Of a stretch of DNA of 64,000 nt, positions 49,846-59,712 are shown piece after piece. The position numbers and the translations under genes were made by a program. Positions within the stretch are counted from its first letter, which is position 1; each line of letters opens with the position of its first letter. Origin of the DNA: a bacterium (lineage in GTDB: Bacteria; Zhuqueibacterota; Zhuqueibacteria; Residuimicrobiales; Krinioviventaceae); NCBI GenBank assembly GCA_963674595.2, contig CAXXFV010000009.1, positions 1 through 64,000 of the forward strand, read 5' to 3'. The notes below the pieces were generated by a model. That model saw only the letters and a program-made list of their open reading frames with translations. It searched no databases and was not told the origin of the DNA.

Positions 49846-52029
49846 ATGATTATTGTAAAAAGAAAAGTGGTTTATAAATTTATCGTACTTTTAATTTTGG
49901 CGAGTGCTTTAACTGTCTTCTGCCAGGATGATCCGGAGAATTTAAATGTGCTGGATGACTGGCTGGAATGGAGCAACGGTCCTAATTTGCTGGAACTCCA
50001 TCTATATAATCAGGCGTGTAATTATCTTGATACAAGAGATAGTGAGATCGCCGGATTGGAAACCAAATCGGACTGGATAAAACGTCAACAGCACGTTAAA
50101 AAGTTATTAAATGAAATCGTCGGCCCGTTCCCTGAAAAGACACCTTTGAATCCGCAAATTACCGGCATCGTGCAGAAGGATGGCTATCATTATGAAAAGA
50201 TTATTTTTGAATCTATGCCCGGCTACTATGTAACGGGCTGCTTGTTCGTTCCTGATGGCATCCGTGAAAAAAGACCGGCCATACTTTATGTAATAGGCCA
50301 TTCCCTTCCCGCGTTTCGCAGACCATACTATCAAATATTGCTGCTTAAACTGGTGAAACAGGGCTTTGTTGTTTTTACCTTTGATCCCATGGGGCAGGGT
50401 GAACGTATACAATATACTGATGAGGAGAAAAAAGGGGTTGGTGTTAAGGTTACAAGTTCAACCCATGAACACTCTTATGCCAATAATCAATGTTTTCTGT
50501 CCGGCAAGTGTGCGGCCAGATATTACACCTGGGACGGCATTCGTGCGCTCGATTATCTCATGTCCCGCAGTGAAGTGGATACAAGTAAAGTCGGCGTCAC
50601 CGGTCTATCCGGCGGAGGGACCCAAACTGCTTATATTTCAGCATTTGATGAACGTGTCAAAGCCTCGGCATCGGCCGGATATATAACCAGTATGCGTAAA
50701 CTATTGGGAACGATTGGTCCCCAGGATGGTGAGCAGATATTTATCGGAGGCGTTGCCAGGGGATTGGACCATGGCGATCTGGTTGAAGTGTGTGCCCCCA
50801 AACCATACCTGATCGTTGCCACGACCCGGGATTTCTTTAATATTGTCGGTACCAGAGAGACCTATGCTGAAGCTAAAAAGGCCTATTGCGCTTTCGGTAA
50901 CCCGGAAAATCTGGGTATGGTGGAAGACGATTTTAAACATGGCTATACGGCAAAGAACAGAAATGCCATCTGTCATTTTTTTGGTGATGTATTTGATATG
51001 CCGGCAAATGTTGATGATTTTGAACCTGAAACAATGGAAATAGATGAATTGCTTGTTACACCGACCGGACAGTTGGCAACTTTTCTCAACGGCGAAACAA
51101 TGTCCAGTGTTAACAAAGGTGAAACAGCGGAGTTGATAACCAGACTGGAGCAGAACCGTAAAAACGGCCAGGCCCATCTGCAAAATGTGAAAGTAAAAGC
51201 AAAAGAACTTTCCGGATTTGAAACACCCTGTGAATTTAAAGATGTCATGTTTAAAGGCCGGTATCATCGGGATGGGTATAATGTTGAGCTTTATGCGGTT
51301 CGCGGTGAAGGCGAGTATGTGGTTCCGATTTTATTAATGGTTCCGGCTGACGGTGAAAAACACCCGGCAATGATATATCTGAATCCGGATGGCAAAATAC
51401 AAGATGCTGCACCCGGAGGTGAGATCGAAAAATGGGTGAAGCAAGGGTTTATTGTTGCCGCAACAGATGTTATCGGAATTGGTGAAACCAGGGGTGCATA
51501 CAAATATCCCGGAAGACCAGGTTATGGTGCCGTTTTGCTCAACCGCAATATCGTTGGCATTCAGGCAGGTGATATTATCCGTGTTGTCGAGTTGTTAAAA
51601 ACCCGTCAGGACGTTGATGCAAACCAGATCGGAGCAGTTGCTTTTGATGAATTATGCCCGGCGTTGCTGCATGCATCTGTGTTTGAACCAACTATCAGTC
51701 AAACGGTTTTGATCAATGCACCGGTTTCTTACAAAGAGATTGTCAATCACATGCTTTATAAATACAGTATAACTTTTATTTGGGGCGTTGCCGGTGCCTT
51801 GACAGAATACGATTTGCCTGATCTCGCGGCATGTATCGCTCCAAGAAAGCTATTGATGGTTGATCCAGTGGATTGTATGAAAAATACAGCTTCAAAGCAG
51901 CTCATTGATCAGGAGTTTGGTTTTCCCCGTAAGGTTTATTCGGAAAAAAAAGCAGCAAAGAATTTTAAAGTCTGTGATTGGTCTACGGATAAAAATATTG
52001 ATGAAATAATTGATTTATTAGCAAAATGA
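49846..52029 (+). CDS. Secreted acetylxylan-esterase-like alpha/beta hydrolase (two-domain), copy 1
   Basis: Signal peptide; IGHS, DPMGQGER, GLSGGG nucleophile elbow, QDGEQ, DFF, HGY. Confidence 0.85.
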   Translation: MIIVKRKVVYKFIVLLILASALTVFCQDDPENLNVLDDWLEWSNGPNLLELHLYNQACNYLDTRDSEIAGLETKSDWIKRQQHVKKLLNEIVGPFPEKTPLNPQITGIVQKDGYHYEKIIFESMPGYYVTGCLFVPDGIREKRPAILYVIGHSLPAFRRPYYQILLLKLVKQGFVVFTFDPMGQGERIQYTDEEKKGVGVKVTSSTHEHSYANNQCFLSGKCAARYYTWDGIRALDYLMSRSEVDTSKVGVTGLSGGGTQTAYISAFDERVKASASAGYITSMRKLLGTIGPQDGEQIFIGGVARGLDHGDLVEVCAPKPYLIVATTRDFFNIVGTRETYAEAKKAYCAFGNPENLGMVEDDFKHGYTAKNRNAICHFFGDVFDMPANVDDFEPETMEIDELLVTPTGQLATFLNGETMSSVNKGETAELITRLEQNRKNGQAHLQNVKVKAKELSGFETPCEFKDVMFKGRYHRDGYNVELYAVRGEGEYVVPILLMVPADGEKHPAMIYLNPDGKIQDAAPGGEIEKWVKQGFIVAATDVIGIGETRGAYKYPGRPGYGAVLLNRNIVGIQAGDIIRVVELLKTRQDVDANQIGAVAFDELCPALLHASVFEPTISQTVLINAPVSYKEIVNHMLYKYSITFIWGVAGALTEYDLPDLAACIAPRKLLMVDPVDCMKNTASKQLIDQEFGFPRKVYSEKKAAKNFKVCDWSTDKNIDEIIDLLAK

Positions 52030-52062
52030 TTTTTAGAGTTTAATATTTTAAGGACTTTATTC

Positions 52063-52926
52063 GTGAAATATTTCATGTTCATAGTTTTGATATTATTTGG
52101 AAACAGCGCTATTTGCAGTGAATTGACTGATTCTCTTACAATAGCCGGCCTTTCTTTCATCCCGGAAAAATGGGACAAACCGGCAAATGTGAAAAAGATT
52201 GAATCGATGACACGACAAGCCGTTGATCGTGGGGCCAAACTGGTGGTGATGCCGGAAGGCGCTTTGGAAGGTTATGTTGTTAACGATGTCATTAACGAAA
52301 AAGATGCCGTTAAAAAAGCAGCTCTTGAAAAACAGTTTGCAGCATTAGCAGAACCGATTGATGGCGAAAATATATCAAAGCTTTATAACCTGGCTGATGA
52401 ATTGGATATTTATTTTGTTATCTGTTTTTTAGAAGCAAAAGGAACGGATATTTACAATAGTGCGGTATTTGTAGGTCCCGATGGCAAGCAGATCGGTTGT
52501 TATCATAAAACACATTTTTGGCAGGGATATGAGGTAAACCCGCCGGGCTACACAACAGGCGATTCATTTCCCGTATTTTCATTGAGAAATATGAACCTCG
52601 GTATTATGATTTGTGCGGACCGCCGTTTCCCGGAAGTAGCCAGAAGTTTAATGCTCAACGGCGCCGATTTAATTGTTAATCCTGCCTATGGAAATCACGG
52701 TGAATTGAATACCGCCCTTATGCGTACGCGTGCGTTTGAAAATCAGACCTTTATTGTATTTTCACATCCCATGCATAGTTTGATAATTGATAATGATGGT
52801 AATATTTTAAATGAATGCGGTACCGATTCTCTTGTTCTTGCAAACATTCCCTGGCGAAAAGTAGAGAAAAAACGTCCGACTGTTCGGTTTCGCCGTCCGG
52901 AATTGTACAAGGTTTTAACGCAATAA
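52063..52926 (+). CDS. Carbon-nitrogen hydrolase (nitrilase/amidase superfamily), exported
   Basis: Catalytic E-K-C in MPEG, YHK, ICAD; C-terminal RRPELY; N-terminal hydrophobic signal. Confidence 0.9.
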   Translation: MKYFMFIVLILFGNSAICSELTDSLTIAGLSFIPEKWDKPANVKKIESMTRQAVDRGAKLVVMPEGALEGYVVNDVINEKDAVKKAALEKQFAALAEPIDGENISKLYNLADELDIYFVICFLEAKGTDIYNSAVFVGPDGKQIGCYHKTHFWQGYEVNPPGYTTGDSFPVFSLRNMNLGIMICADRRFPEVARSLMLNGADLIVNPAYGNHGELNTALMRTRAFENQTFIVFSHPMHSLIIDNDGNILNECGTDSLVLANIPWRKVEKKRPTVRFRRPELYKVLTQ

Positions 52927-52966
52927 GTAACTTTTTTTTATTAAAGTATTAAAACGAGAAAGTATT

Positions 52967-55144
52967 ATGAAAGTTAAAAGTCTATATATAATACTGCTGG
53001 TTGTTATGGCGGTTGCGCCTTTTAGCCTGTCGCAGACATCTGCGGATGGCCCGGACTTGCCGCCGATTCTTGATACCTGGCTGGAATATACGGATGCTCA
53101 AAACTTTTTTTATCATTATATCAGCCATCAGGCACAGCACTTATTGCAGCAGCGCAGGGAGATGGTTTCGCAAATAAAAACAAAAGAACAATGGCAAGCG
53201 CGTCAGCAGGAAATCAGAAAGACCATAATTAAACTTGTGGGGCCGTTTCCCGAACGTACACCGTTAAATGCCCGAATTACAGGCAGAGTTGATAGTGCAA
53301 ATTACTATATCGAACATATTCTATTGGAACCACAACCTGAAAATTATATGTCAGCCTGCATGTTCATTCCCAAAGGTTTGACCGGTAAATTGCCGACAGT
53401 TATTTATTGCAGCGGCCATTCTCCGATTGGCTTTCGAAATCCGAAATATCAACATATTATTATGAACCTGGTGAAAAAGGGATTTATCGTCTTTGCTTTT
53501 GATCCCATGGGACAGGGGGAGAGGTTGATGTATGTCGATCCGGAGACCGGAGAATCCCTGGTTGGTCGCCCAACCCGGGAACATTCCTATCCCGGTGCAC
53601 AGTGCTTTTTAATCGGCAGCTCTGCTGCCCGTTATTATATCTGGGACGCCTTGCGGGCCATTGATTATGTCTATACAAGACCGGAAGTCGATACGACAAG
53701 AGTCGGTATGGCGGGTCGTTCCGGCGGCGGTACACAATCTGCTTATATCGCAGCGTTGGATAACCGGGTTGATGCTATTGCTACCGAGTGCTATATCACC
53801 AATTTTACACGCTTGTTTCAAACCCGCGGACCGCAGGATGCGGAGCAAAACTTTTTTCATGGAATTTTATCCGGGATCGATCATCCGGATTTGTTGACGG
53901 TCTGGGCGCCAAAACCATTGCTGATGATCTCTGCAACACGTGATTTTTTCAGCATTGAGGGTGTTCGCGAAACAGCACAGGATTTAACAAAGGTCTACCA
54001 GGCATTTGATGCTGAAGAAAGTTTTAGCAAAGTAGAGGATGATGCGGAACATGCGTCTACCAAAGCGAATCGTGAAGCATTGTATGCGTTTTTCCAAAAA
54101 TACTTGGATAATCCCGGCGATTGTACGGATACGGTAATTGACACCTTAACTCATGGAGAATTGCAGGTCACTCAAACCGGACAAATTCAGACATCAATGG
54201 GTGGTCGCACTGTTTTTGATATTAATCGTAAAGAGGCAAAGCAGGTTTTTGCGAAACGATCAAAAGAAATTGACGTTGCCAAAATTCGGCAAGCGGCAGC
54301 CTACTGGAATGGGTATCAGCCGCCGCCATCAGAACCAAATGTCGTTTATTGTGGTGCTTATAATCAGAGTGACATGCGCCTGGAGCGTTATTTTATGCAT
54401 GGTGATGGAGAGTATGTCATTCCGTTTTACATTATAAAACCGCTCACACGTGGACCCTATCCGGCAGCGCTTTACCTGCACCCGGACGGCAAGTCTGCTG
54501 CAGCCCGTCAATCGGTTGTAAAAAAACTTGTTGAGAATGGATTTGCTGTTGTTCTTCCCGATTTGTTGGGACGTGGTGAAGTCGGACCCGGTGTTCATCG
54601 TGGCGATGCCTATGAATACAAACAGGGAAATGCCAATTATAATCTTTGGTTTGGCGCCATTCAGATCGGTCGCAGTTTGGTGGGAATTCATGCCGGCGAT
54701 ATTAACAGCCTGATGCTGCACTTGCAGGCACGTGATGATATTCAGGATGATGCGGTTCGTGCAATTGGCGAAGAAACAATGGCGCCTGTCTTGTTACATG
54801 CGGCGGTTTTATCAAATAAATTTTGTGCTATAGATTTAATAAAACCACTTGGTTCCTATGAATCGCTGGTTATGAATAAATATTATATACCCAAATTCAT
54901 GTTGGCCGCTGTACCCGGCGGTTTAAAAGATTATGATCTTCCCGAATTATGTGCCGTACTAGCGCCGACACCCTTACGAATAATTAATCCGGTTAATAAT
55001 AATGATAAATACCTTTCAACCAAAGAAACAGAAAAACAGTATACAATTGTTAAAAAACACTATATGGAGAAAGGAGTTGCCTCAAATTTACAATTAAAAA
55101 CAGAATTAACGGATCAGGATATAGCTGATTTATTAGCCCATTGA
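52967..55144 (+). CDS. Secreted acetylxylan-esterase-like alpha/beta hydrolase, copy 2
   Basis: SGHS, DPMGQGER, GRSGGG, QDAEQ, DFF; paralog of 49846. Confidence 0.85.
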   Translation: MKVKSLYIILLVVMAVAPFSLSQTSADGPDLPPILDTWLEYTDAQNFFYHYISHQAQHLLQQRREMVSQIKTKEQWQARQQEIRKTIIKLVGPFPERTPLNARITGRVDSANYYIEHILLEPQPENYMSACMFIPKGLTGKLPTVIYCSGHSPIGFRNPKYQHIIMNLVKKGFIVFAFDPMGQGERLMYVDPETGESLVGRPTREHSYPGAQCFLIGSSAARYYIWDALRAIDYVYTRPEVDTTRVGMAGRSGGGTQSAYIAALDNRVDAIATECYITNFTRLFQTRGPQDAEQNFFHGILSGIDHPDLLTVWAPKPLLMISATRDFFSIEGVRETAQDLTKVYQAFDAEESFSKVEDDAEHASTKANREALYAFFQKYLDNPGDCTDTVIDTLTHGELQVTQTGQIQTSMGGRTVFDINRKEAKQVFAKRSKEIDVAKIRQAAAYWNGYQPPPSEPNVVYCGAYNQSDMRLERYFMHGDGEYVIPFYIIKPLTRGPYPAALYLHPDGKSAAARQSVVKKLVENGFAVVLPDLLGRGEVGPGVHRGDAYEYKQGNANYNLWFGAIQIGRSLVGIHAGDINSLMLHLQARDDIQDDAVRAIGEETMAPVLLHAAVLSNKFCAIDLIKPLGSYESLVMNKYYIPKFMLAAVPGGLKDYDLPELCAVLAPTPLRIINPVNNNDKYLSTKETEKQYTIVKKHYMEKGVASNLQLKTELTDQDIADLLAH

Positions 55145-55222
55145 ATTTTATCTTCAATTAAAAGGTGAATTCATAATTAACCCAAACACTGAAATATAAA
55201 TATTAAAATTTAACTTAAAGTA

Positions 55223-56854
55223 ATGATTATGTCCAAATTATTTGTCAAGATATTCATCGCAGGAATTGTTTGTTTTTCATGCAATTATTCCAATAGTCGG
55301 GTTGACAGAAAAGCAACACCGATTAATATAATTCCGACTCCAACAGAGTTGAATGCTGCAAAAGGTACTTTCAAGTTAACTCCTGCTTCAGTTATTGTCG
55401 CAGAAGACAGTATAAAATACATTGCTGAATTTTTACAGGAAAAGCTCAAAGGCACCGGTTATAATATTCGTATTGTAAATGAAAATAAGGATTTTAAGAA
55501 TGTTATTTATTTCAAACCCAAAAATCCTTTTGATGAAAAGAACGGTCTGTCCTATCAATTAAATGTATCTTTAAAAAAGATTGTTATTTCAGCGGATGAG
55601 CCTTCCGGTTATTTTTATGCTGTTCAAACGTTGCTGCAACTATTTCCTCCTGAAATTTTAAGTAAAGATTCACACACAAGAAAAGAATGGTCCGTACCCT
55701 GTGTTGATATCAAGGATGCAGCGAAATATAATTGGCGCAGTTTTATGCTCGATTCCGGCAGACAGTTTCAAACGGTAGACTTTATAAAGCGTTACCTTGA
55801 CATTCTTGCAATGTTGAAAATTAATGTTTTTCACTGGCATTTAACAGAAGGTCAGGGATGGCGTATTGAAATAAAAAAATATCCAAAATTAACGGAAATA
55901 GGTTCCAAAGTAGCTGACGGTGAGGAACAACAGGGTTATTATACCTATGAGGACATTCGGGAGATCGTTGAATACGCAAAAAAACGATTTATTACAGTTG
56001 TTCCTGAAATTGACATTCCAGGCCATTCCGATGCTGCTTTAATCGCCTATCCGGAATTGACGTGTCAGAAACAGGCGCCAAAAGCAACTATGGGTGTTTC
56101 ACCTGTTTTATTTTGTGCCGGTAATGAAAAAACATATGAATTTTTACAAAACGTTTTAGATACGGTATGCGAACTTTTTCCCGGTGAATATATTCATCTC
56201 GGCGGAGATGAAGCGCCCAAGGCTATTTGGGACCAGTGCCCGGTTTGCCAAAATAAAATCAAACAATTGCATTTAAAAAATTCTGATGATTTGCAAAGAT
56301 ATTTTTCAAAACGTCTTGCCGATTATCTTGGCAAAAAAGGGAAAAAAGTTATTTTTTGGGGTGATGTTGTCTATGATGATGGAGAAACCCTGCCTGATAA
56401 TGTTATTGTATACTGGTGGAATTCACGCGGTCATGGAGATTTGGCCTATAAAAATGCCATAAAACGCGGACATTCTGTGATATGCGGAACCAATGCATAC
56501 TGTTATTTAAACTATCCGGTTGTACCCTGGTCTAAGTATGATTCAACCCGAACATTTGATTTTAAAACGGTTTATGAAAAAAATCCTTCTGATATTTTAG
56601 TACCTAATGATCTTGTCATGGGCATGGGGTGTTGCCTGTGGACGGATTGGTATGTAAAAATGGATATGATCGATCAGCGTGTTTTTCCGCGTATCTATGC
56701 CCTTGCTGAACAAATGTGGCACGTTGGTGAGCGTCTTACCTTGGATGAATTTTATATGCAGGTTAAAAGCACCTATGATCGTTTGAAAATACTTGGCATT
56801 GATTATGGCCCGGCTTTCGCCAATGAAGTTCCGGACGGTTACAAGTGGGATTGA
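55223..56854 (+). CDS. GH20 beta-N-acetylhexosaminidase, lipoprotein
   Basis: FSC lipobox; MLDSGR, FHWHLTE.QGWR, PEIDIPGH, HLGGDE. Confidence 0.95.
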   Translation: MIMSKLFVKIFIAGIVCFSCNYSNSRVDRKATPINIIPTPTELNAAKGTFKLTPASVIVAEDSIKYIAEFLQEKLKGTGYNIRIVNENKDFKNVIYFKPKNPFDEKNGLSYQLNVSLKKIVISADEPSGYFYAVQTLLQLFPPEILSKDSHTRKEWSVPCVDIKDAAKYNWRSFMLDSGRQFQTVDFIKRYLDILAMLKINVFHWHLTEGQGWRIEIKKYPKLTEIGSKVADGEEQQGYYTYEDIREIVEYAKKRFITVVPEIDIPGHSDAALIAYPELTCQKQAPKATMGVSPVLFCAGNEKTYEFLQNVLDTVCELFPGEYIHLGGDEAPKAIWDQCPVCQNKIKQLHLKNSDDLQRYFSKRLADYLGKKGKKVIFWGDVVYDDGETLPDNVIVYWWNSRGHGDLAYKNAIKRGHSVICGTNAYCYLNYPVVPWSKYDSTRTFDFKTVYEKNPSDILVPNDLVMGMGCCLWTDWYVKMDMIDQRVFPRIYALAEQMWHVGERLTLDEFYMQVKSTYDRLKILGIDYGPAFANEVPDGYKWD

Positions 56855-56930
56855 TTCAATTTATATAAGGAAATGAATTTAAATCAAGTTAAACATTGAT
56901 AATAAATATTAACTATTATGGAGATGAAAT

Positions 56931-58052
56931 ATGACGGATTTAGTTCAAAGAAAATGCAATATTGGTAATGGACAAGAATTTCTGGTTGATATCAATAATC
57001 CTGTTGTCAGGTTTCCCGGAAATCCCGTTATAAAAGCTTCGGATATAAACAACTCATGGCCAAATCCTGCCCATAAAGTAATGACGACGCATAATGCCGG
57101 TGCAACAATTTATAATGGTGAAACTATATTGCTTTATCGTTCACACTTGCGTTGTGGTATGAGCATTCTTGGAATGGGTAAAAGTAAAAATGGTCTTACT
57201 GACTGGAATTTATATGACGGACCGGTTTTAACACCCTGTTCAAAGGACAGTGATTTTGCCCCGGGTGTAGATATTGATACCCTGATCGAAAATGAAGAAG
57301 GCGGCCTCGAAGATCCCCGTATTACAAAGTTTGGTGATGAATATGCGATCACCTACAGTGCCTATCATGCAATGGTCGAAGACCGGGTTCGGGTTTCTTT
57401 AATAACTACCAAAGATTTCAAGTCTTTTAAACGATTTGGACCGGTGATGAATTTAGATATGCGAAACGTAGTCCTTTTCCCGGAAAAGATTAACAATAAA
57501 TATGTTGCATTGTTTCGCCCTAATGACGTTTCTGAGAATGAAACAGGTGGTAAATACACACAAATAAGAATTGGTTATTCTGACGATTGGAAATCAAACG
57601 AATGGGAAATGGAAGAGACACCCGTTATGCAAACCGGTTTTGGACCAAGCGCTTTTTCCAACAAAATTGGTCCGTGCGCTCCACCAATCAAAACAGAAAA
57701 GGGATGGTTGAATATTTTTCATGGCGTGCGTACTACCATGGACGGCAATCCTTATGTTTTAGCAGTGGCATTGCACGATTTGAATGAACCCAGTAAAGTT
57801 AAAATGTGCAGTATACCGATTCTTTTTCCGACTCATGCGGATTGTAATGTTAATCAGGATGAATATATACACGTACCCCATGCTGTTTTCTGTTGTGGCG
57901 CTGTTCCTAAAGATGATGGTTCAATATTCATTTATTATGGTGGTAACGATACGGTCATGAATGTTGGTATAACGCATGTGGATGTTCTGTGTGAAATGTG
58001 TGAACGTTTCCCTCAGGATGCCCACAACGGACGTTTATTATATGAAATTTAG
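56931..58052 (+). CDS. GH130 family glycoside phosphorylase/hydrolase
   Basis: NPVI, HNAGA, EDPRIT, LFPEKIN, PPIKTEKGWL..FHGV, IYYGG.D. Confidence 0.9.
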   Translation: MTDLVQRKCNIGNGQEFLVDINNPVVRFPGNPVIKASDINNSWPNPAHKVMTTHNAGATIYNGETILLYRSHLRCGMSILGMGKSKNGLTDWNLYDGPVLTPCSKDSDFAPGVDIDTLIENEEGGLEDPRITKFGDEYAITYSAYHAMVEDRVRVSLITTKDFKSFKRFGPVMNLDMRNVVLFPEKINNKYVALFRPNDVSENETGGKYTQIRIGYSDDWKSNEWEMEETPVMQTGFGPSAFSNKIGPCAPPIKTEKGWLNIFHGVRTTMDGNPYVLAVALHDLNEPSKVKMCSIPILFPTHADCNVNQDEYIHVPHAVFCCGAVPKDDGSIFIYYGGNDTVMNVGITHVDVLCEMCERFPQDAHNGRLLYEI

Positions 58053-58091
58053 TTGTGATACAATATTATACTATTTAGAAAGGTAAATATT

Positions 58092-58973
58092 ATGAAGAAA
58101 AAACATATTATGTTGGCCGTATTGGTTTTTGGTTTAATCATGTTGTTTGGATGTGCTGAAAAAGTTGAACAAACACCCTTCCGTGTTATGACTTTTAACG
58201 TTCGTTTGAATACGCCAAACGATGGTGACAATGCATGGCCGAACCGCAAAGATATTGCTACAAGTATGGTTCGTTTTTATGATGCGGATATTTTCGGTGT
58301 TCAGGAAGCACTTAAAGATCAGATGGATGATTTGACCGAACGACTACCCGATTATGGCTGGTATGGTGTTGGCCGTGATGACGGTAAAGATGCCGGTGAG
58401 TTTATGTCCGTATTTTATAAAAAAGACCGATTTGAAGCTATAAAGGACTCTACCTTTTGGTTGTCCGAAACACCGGATAGTGTATCAAAAGGATGGGATG
58501 CCAGGTGCTTTCGCGTTGTGACCGTGATGGAATTTAAAGATAAAATGACAGGCAAGATATTTTATCTGTTCAATACTCATTTTGATCATATGGGCCAGGT
58601 TGCGCGAAGAGAAAGTGCAAATTTACTTTTAAAAAGCGTGAAACAAATTGCCGGAGACTTGCCGGTTATTATAACGGGTGATTTTAATTCGAGTCCTGAA
58701 TCCGAACCATACAAGATATTGACTCAAGGCTTACCGGATGATTCGGCGAGTAAAGTTATAGATTCAAAACTGGTTTCAAAATATCCGCATCATGGACCGA
58801 GTGGTACGATAACTCGTTTTGAGTCGGCAAATTTGCCGGATAATTGGGCTATCGATCACATTTTTATTAAAAACAATGTATCCGTCATTCGACACGGTAC
58901 ATTATCAGATACATTTGACGGACGTTTCCCGAGCGACCACATGCTGGTATTGGCAGAGGTGCTGGTTTTTTAA
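58092..58973 (+). CDS. EEP-family phosphoesterase lipoprotein
   Basis: LFGC lipobox; MTFNVR, GVQE, TFWLSETP, NTHFDH, GDFN, IDHIF, SDH. Confidence 0.92.
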   Translation: MKKKHIMLAVLVFGLIMLFGCAEKVEQTPFRVMTFNVRLNTPNDGDNAWPNRKDIATSMVRFYDADIFGVQEALKDQMDDLTERLPDYGWYGVGRDDGKDAGEFMSVFYKKDRFEAIKDSTFWLSETPDSVSKGWDARCFRVVTVMEFKDKMTGKIFYLFNTHFDHMGQVARRESANLLLKSVKQIAGDLPVIITGDFNSSPESEPYKILTQGLPDDSASKVIDSKLVSKYPHHGPSGTITRFESANLPDNWAIDHIFIKNNVSVIRHGTLSDTFDGRFPSDHMLVLAEVLVF

Positions 58974-59142
58974 AATACTTTTTAAACCTGTTAATTTAAC
59001 AGGACAATTAGTTCATTACCATTTTTAGTATTTTTCTGTTTACAAATAAATAATTAACCAATGATTTTTTACGAATGTTTTGAATTTATTATGAATGATA
59101 CAAGCTTCCAAACCATAAAAATAAAAAAGAAAGGGTGCGATT

Positions 59143-59523
59143 ATGAAAACATTCAAAAAAGCATTATTTGTCGGCATATTATTATTATTGGTTATTTCTA
59201 CATTTGCCTTAGCAGAAACTAGTCCTTCCATAACCATAATGACGGATTCAATTTATGGAACGGAAGATTTTTCTTCTACCGTAGAATTGGATGCAGGTAC
59301 ATATAACTTTAATGCGTCTATTTCCGATTGGGTAGAAGATTGGGCGTGGGCTGAATTGTGGAATGCGGATACGAATACTATGGTGGAATCCCTGTTTATC
59401 TGGGCCGCTAATTGTTATGAGGATTCGGATTTATATTTAGCTGCAGGCCATTACTATATCAGGCTGGAAGCTGTATCCGGTAAAGGTCAGATGATATGGT
59501 GCAGTGCCGGAGTAAGTTGGTAA
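59143..59523 (+). CDS. Small secreted hypothetical protein
   Basis: Classic signal peptide (MKTFKK...ALA); 126-aa ORF; AAAGGG upstream; own terminator. Confidence 0.75.
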   Translation: MKTFKKALFVGILLLLVISTFALAETSPSITIMTDSIYGTEDFSSTVELDAGTYNFNASISDWVEDWAWAELWNADTNTMVESLFIWAANCYEDSDLYLAAGHYYIRLEAVSGKGQMIWCSAGVSW

Positions 59524-59563
59524 TGTATTAATAAATTAAAATAATAAATGGTTTGGAAGGTCG

Positions 59564-59600
59564 GCCGGGGGGGGATAATCCCCCGGCTATTTGTTTTATT
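59564..59600 (+). terminator. Intrinsic terminator
   Basis: GCCGGGGG...CCCCCGGC stem followed by TATTTGTTTTATT. Confidence 0.75.
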
Positions 59601-59712
59601 TTGTAAAAAAAGAGTGTTTTATTTGTTTAAAATCAGTATTTATAAGAAAGCTAAGTATCTTAAATAAAAAGATGTTGTCCATGTTTATTTCACTGTATTA
59701 TGGAGGGTTTTA

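Noticed and set aside
50107-54721. Minus-strand ORFs up to 188 aa
   Set aside because: Antisense shadows of well-supported esterase genes
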